From contig CP129476.1 in NCBI GenBank assembly GCA_030583805.1, positions 1 to 51,452 on the forward strand: DNA of 51,452 nucleotides, in the 5' to 3' direction. This DNA is from Patescibacteria group bacterium. Its GTDB lineage: Bacteria; Patescibacteriota; Patescibacteriia; SG8-24; DYFX01. A model generated the notes under the pieces. The model was not told the origin of the DNA. It worked only from the letters and a program-made list of their open reading frames with translations, and made no database searches. How positions within the stretch are numbered: the first letter of the stretch is position 1; every line of letters starts with the position of its first letter. Both the position numbers and the translations under genes were made by a program. Below are positions 49,747-51,452 of this stretch, piece after piece.

Positions 49747-49775
49747 AAGATACCCTGGAGGCACCAGACTGTCAA
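49747..49775 (-). promoter_or_regulatory. Promoter TTGACA-N17-TATCTT
   Basis: Minus strand: ttgaca (49770-49775), 17-nt spacer, tatctt (49747-49752). Confidence 0.55.
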
Positions 49776-49779
49776 TCTC

Positions 49780-50859
49780 ATGAGCTTGCGCGCTTTTCTC
49801 TACGGTCTACTGTTCGCGGCGGCCTTCACGCCCGTCGCGCGTTTTTTCGCGCAACGATTCGGTATCGTCGATTTGCCGGATCAACGCCGGAAAACCCACG
49901 CGCGCCCGACGGCGCTTCTGGGCGGAGCTGCCGTCTTCGGCGCCTTCGCCCTCACCGTGCTTCTCCTGCGCTCCGAGCTTCTCGGCGGTTTTCTCCTCCA
50001 AAAGCATCTTCTCGGCCTTCTGGCGGGTTCGGCCGTCCTGATTCTGGGCGGCATCTTGGATGACCGTTACCGCCTGCGGCCCGCGTACCAGCTCGCGTTT
50101 CCGATGCTCGCATCATGCATCGTGATCGCTTCCGGTATCGGCGCGGACTACGTGACGAATCCGCTCGGAGGCCTGATCCGTTTGGATCTTTGGAATATCA
50201 CGTTGTTTCAAAACAACGGCGTGCCGTATCAGCTGACCCTGCCGGCCGACCTTTTCACGTTTGCATGGCTCATGGGCATGACTTACACCACCAAGCTCTT
50301 GGACGGGCTCGACGGCCTCGTGACGGGACTCGGCGTCATCGGATTCGCCGTGATCGCGCTGCTCAGCCTGACGCCTGAAGTCGGACAGCCGGAGCTCGCG
50401 CTGCTTTCGATGGCCGCGGCCGGAGCGCTCGGAGGCTTTCTCGTGTTCAACGCGCGGCCGGCCTCGATTTTTCTCGGCGAAGGCGGCTCGACGCTCGTCG
50501 GTTTCTTGCTCGGATCGATGGCCCTGCTCTCCGGCGCCAAAATCGGCGTGACGCTGCTCGTCTTGGCGGTGCCGATCATGGACGTCGCCTGGACGATCGG
50601 CCGCCGCCTTGTCGCGGGAAAATCGATCGCGGAAGGCGACGCCGAGCATCTCCACTTCCGCTTGGTGCGTGGCGGCCTGACCTCAGGGCAGACCGTCGCT
50701 CTTTTCTGGATGTTCGCGGCGGCTTTCGGCGGTGCCGGGCTGTTCATCCGCGGGCGTGAAAAATTGCTCGCGCTCGCGATTCTTGCGATACTCTTCTTAT
50801 TGATCACGTTTATTCTTCGTAAGCGCGCGCATGAACGCCAAGCCGACCAACGCCAGTAG
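49780..50859 (+). CDS. Glycosyltransferase family 4 polyprenyl-phosphate sugar-1-phosphate transferase (WecA/TagO/MraY superfamily)
   Basis: About 10 TM. DDRYRL, LLDGLDGL and DAEHLHFRL motifs look more WecA-like than MraY-like. Confidence 0.75.
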   Translation: MSLRAFLYGLLFAAAFTPVARFFAQRFGIVDLPDQRRKTHARPTALLGGAAVFGAFALTVLLLRSELLGGFLLQKHLLGLLAGSAVLILGGILDDRYRLRPAYQLAFPMLASCIVIASGIGADYVTNPLGGLIRLDLWNITLFQNNGVPYQLTLPADLFTFAWLMGMTYTTKLLDGLDGLVTGLGVIGFAVIALLSLTPEVGQPELALLSMAAAGALGGFLVFNARPASIFLGEGGSTLVGFLLGSMALLSGAKIGVTLLVLAVPIMDVAWTIGRRLVAGKSIAEGDAEHLHFRLVRGGLTSGQTVALFWMFAAAFGGAGLFIRGREKLLALAILAILFLLITFILRKRAHERQADQRQ

Positions 50860-51316
50860 GTTCCCGCTCGTTGCAATCCTCGCCGGTCTGATTGTCGTTG
50901 TCGCGCTCGGCTTGCGCGCCAGGGATGCTTGGGTCGCGCGCACGCCGGTTTTGGCCGAGCTCACGCTGCGCGACAAAACGTTCATCGTCGAAATCGCGGA
51001 CACGGACGCCAAAAAAGAAAGGGGACTCGGCAAGCGCGACGCGCTCGCGTCCGACCGGGGCATGTACTTTCCCTTCCCGTCCGCCAATTTTTGGATTTTC
51101 TGGATGAAAGACATGCGATTTCCGATCGACATCGTGTGGATCAGGGACGGCGTGGTTGTCGATATCGACGCCTCCGTACCGGTCCCGACAGGGGAAGAGC
51201 TTGAAACGTACAGTCCGATCGAGCCCGCCGACGCCGTACTTGAGCTGAACGCGGGCGTCGCGGCGGAACTCGGCGTCGTATCCGGCGACAGCATCACGTT
51301 GAAAGCGCTTCCGTGA
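50831..51316 (+). CDS. DUF192-domain protein with an N-terminal membrane anchor
   Basis: GLGKRDALASDRGMYFPF and FWMKDMRFPIDIVWI are typical of DUF192. 29-nt overlap with the upstream gene. Confidence 0.7.
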   Translation: MNAKPTNASRFPLVAILAGLIVVVALGLRARDAWVARTPVLAELTLRDKTFIVEIADTDAKKERGLGKRDALASDRGMYFPFPSANFWIFWMKDMRFPIDIVWIRDGVVVDIDASVPVPTGEELETYSPIEPADAVLELNAGVAAELGVVSGDSITLKALP

Positions 51317-51352
51317 AAAGGTCGTACGCGTTTCGTTTCTTGATCCTTTGCC

Positions 51353-51452
51353 ATGTATAAGGGAATCCTCTCCGCCATCGCCGGTTTTTTCTTCTTCTCA
51401 TCCGGCGACGTGATCGCCAAGCTGTTGTCGAAAGACGGTTACGATCCGTTCC
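51353..51452 (+). CDS. Partial CDS (5' end only), possibly an EamA/DMT-type transporter
   Basis: MYKGILSAIAGFFFFSSGDVIAKLL, truncated by the window edge. Confidence 0.4.
   Translation, partial: MYKGILSAIAGFFFFSSGDVIAKLLSKDGYDPF

Overview
A 51.4 kb, high-GC (roughly 60-65% by eye), densely coding bacterial chromosomal segment. I call about 70 CDS and one tRNA-Gln. There is no rRNA, CRISPR array, transposase or integrase. Recognisable genes include ftsEX, an M23 peptidase, msrB, mscL, the anaerobic ribonucleotide reductase nrdDG, and a Fur-family regulator with a MinD/CooC-type ATPase. There are also an ECF sigma/anti-sigma pair, two NUDIX hydrolases, gpsA, a degenerate umuD'-like gene and umuC, and a sortase next to a large LPVTG surface protein. 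The remainder includes VIT1, mgtE, a beta-CASP RNase, uvrB-uvrA and a separate short uvrC, mraZ-rsmH-ftsL, a CDP-alcohol phosphatidyltransferase and a WecA/MraY-type transferase. The sortase/LPXTG pair plus shortened UvrA and UvrC suggest a monoderm, possibly reduced-genome (CPR/Patescibacteria-like) organism; this is a low-confidence inference.

The most unusual region is a 3.3 kb island at 35.5-38.85 kb. It starts at a sharply AT-rich junction and carries five orphan genes for small secreted or membrane proteins. Three of its intergenic gaps contain copies of a conserved hairpin element; two copies carry a second long hairpin, the third a different, weaker one.

Other notable observations:
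- A phage-Mu-Com-like zinc-ribbon ORF and a hairpin plus T7 tract lie directly upstream of an nrdD that has no Shine-Dalgarno (SD) sequence.
- uvrBA, umuD'-like and umuC share a promoter-like motif with a 19-nt spacer.
- The UmuD'-like protein lacks the Ser/Lys catalytic dyad.
- The sortase has Ser in place of the catalytic Cys.
- Two autonomous orphan genes are wedged between uvrA and uvrC.
- Promoters fall into two classes: leaderless -10 promoters and TTGAC(A/G)-N17 promoters with strong SD sequences.

All coordinates and motif counts were derived by hand from the sequence. No database searches were run.
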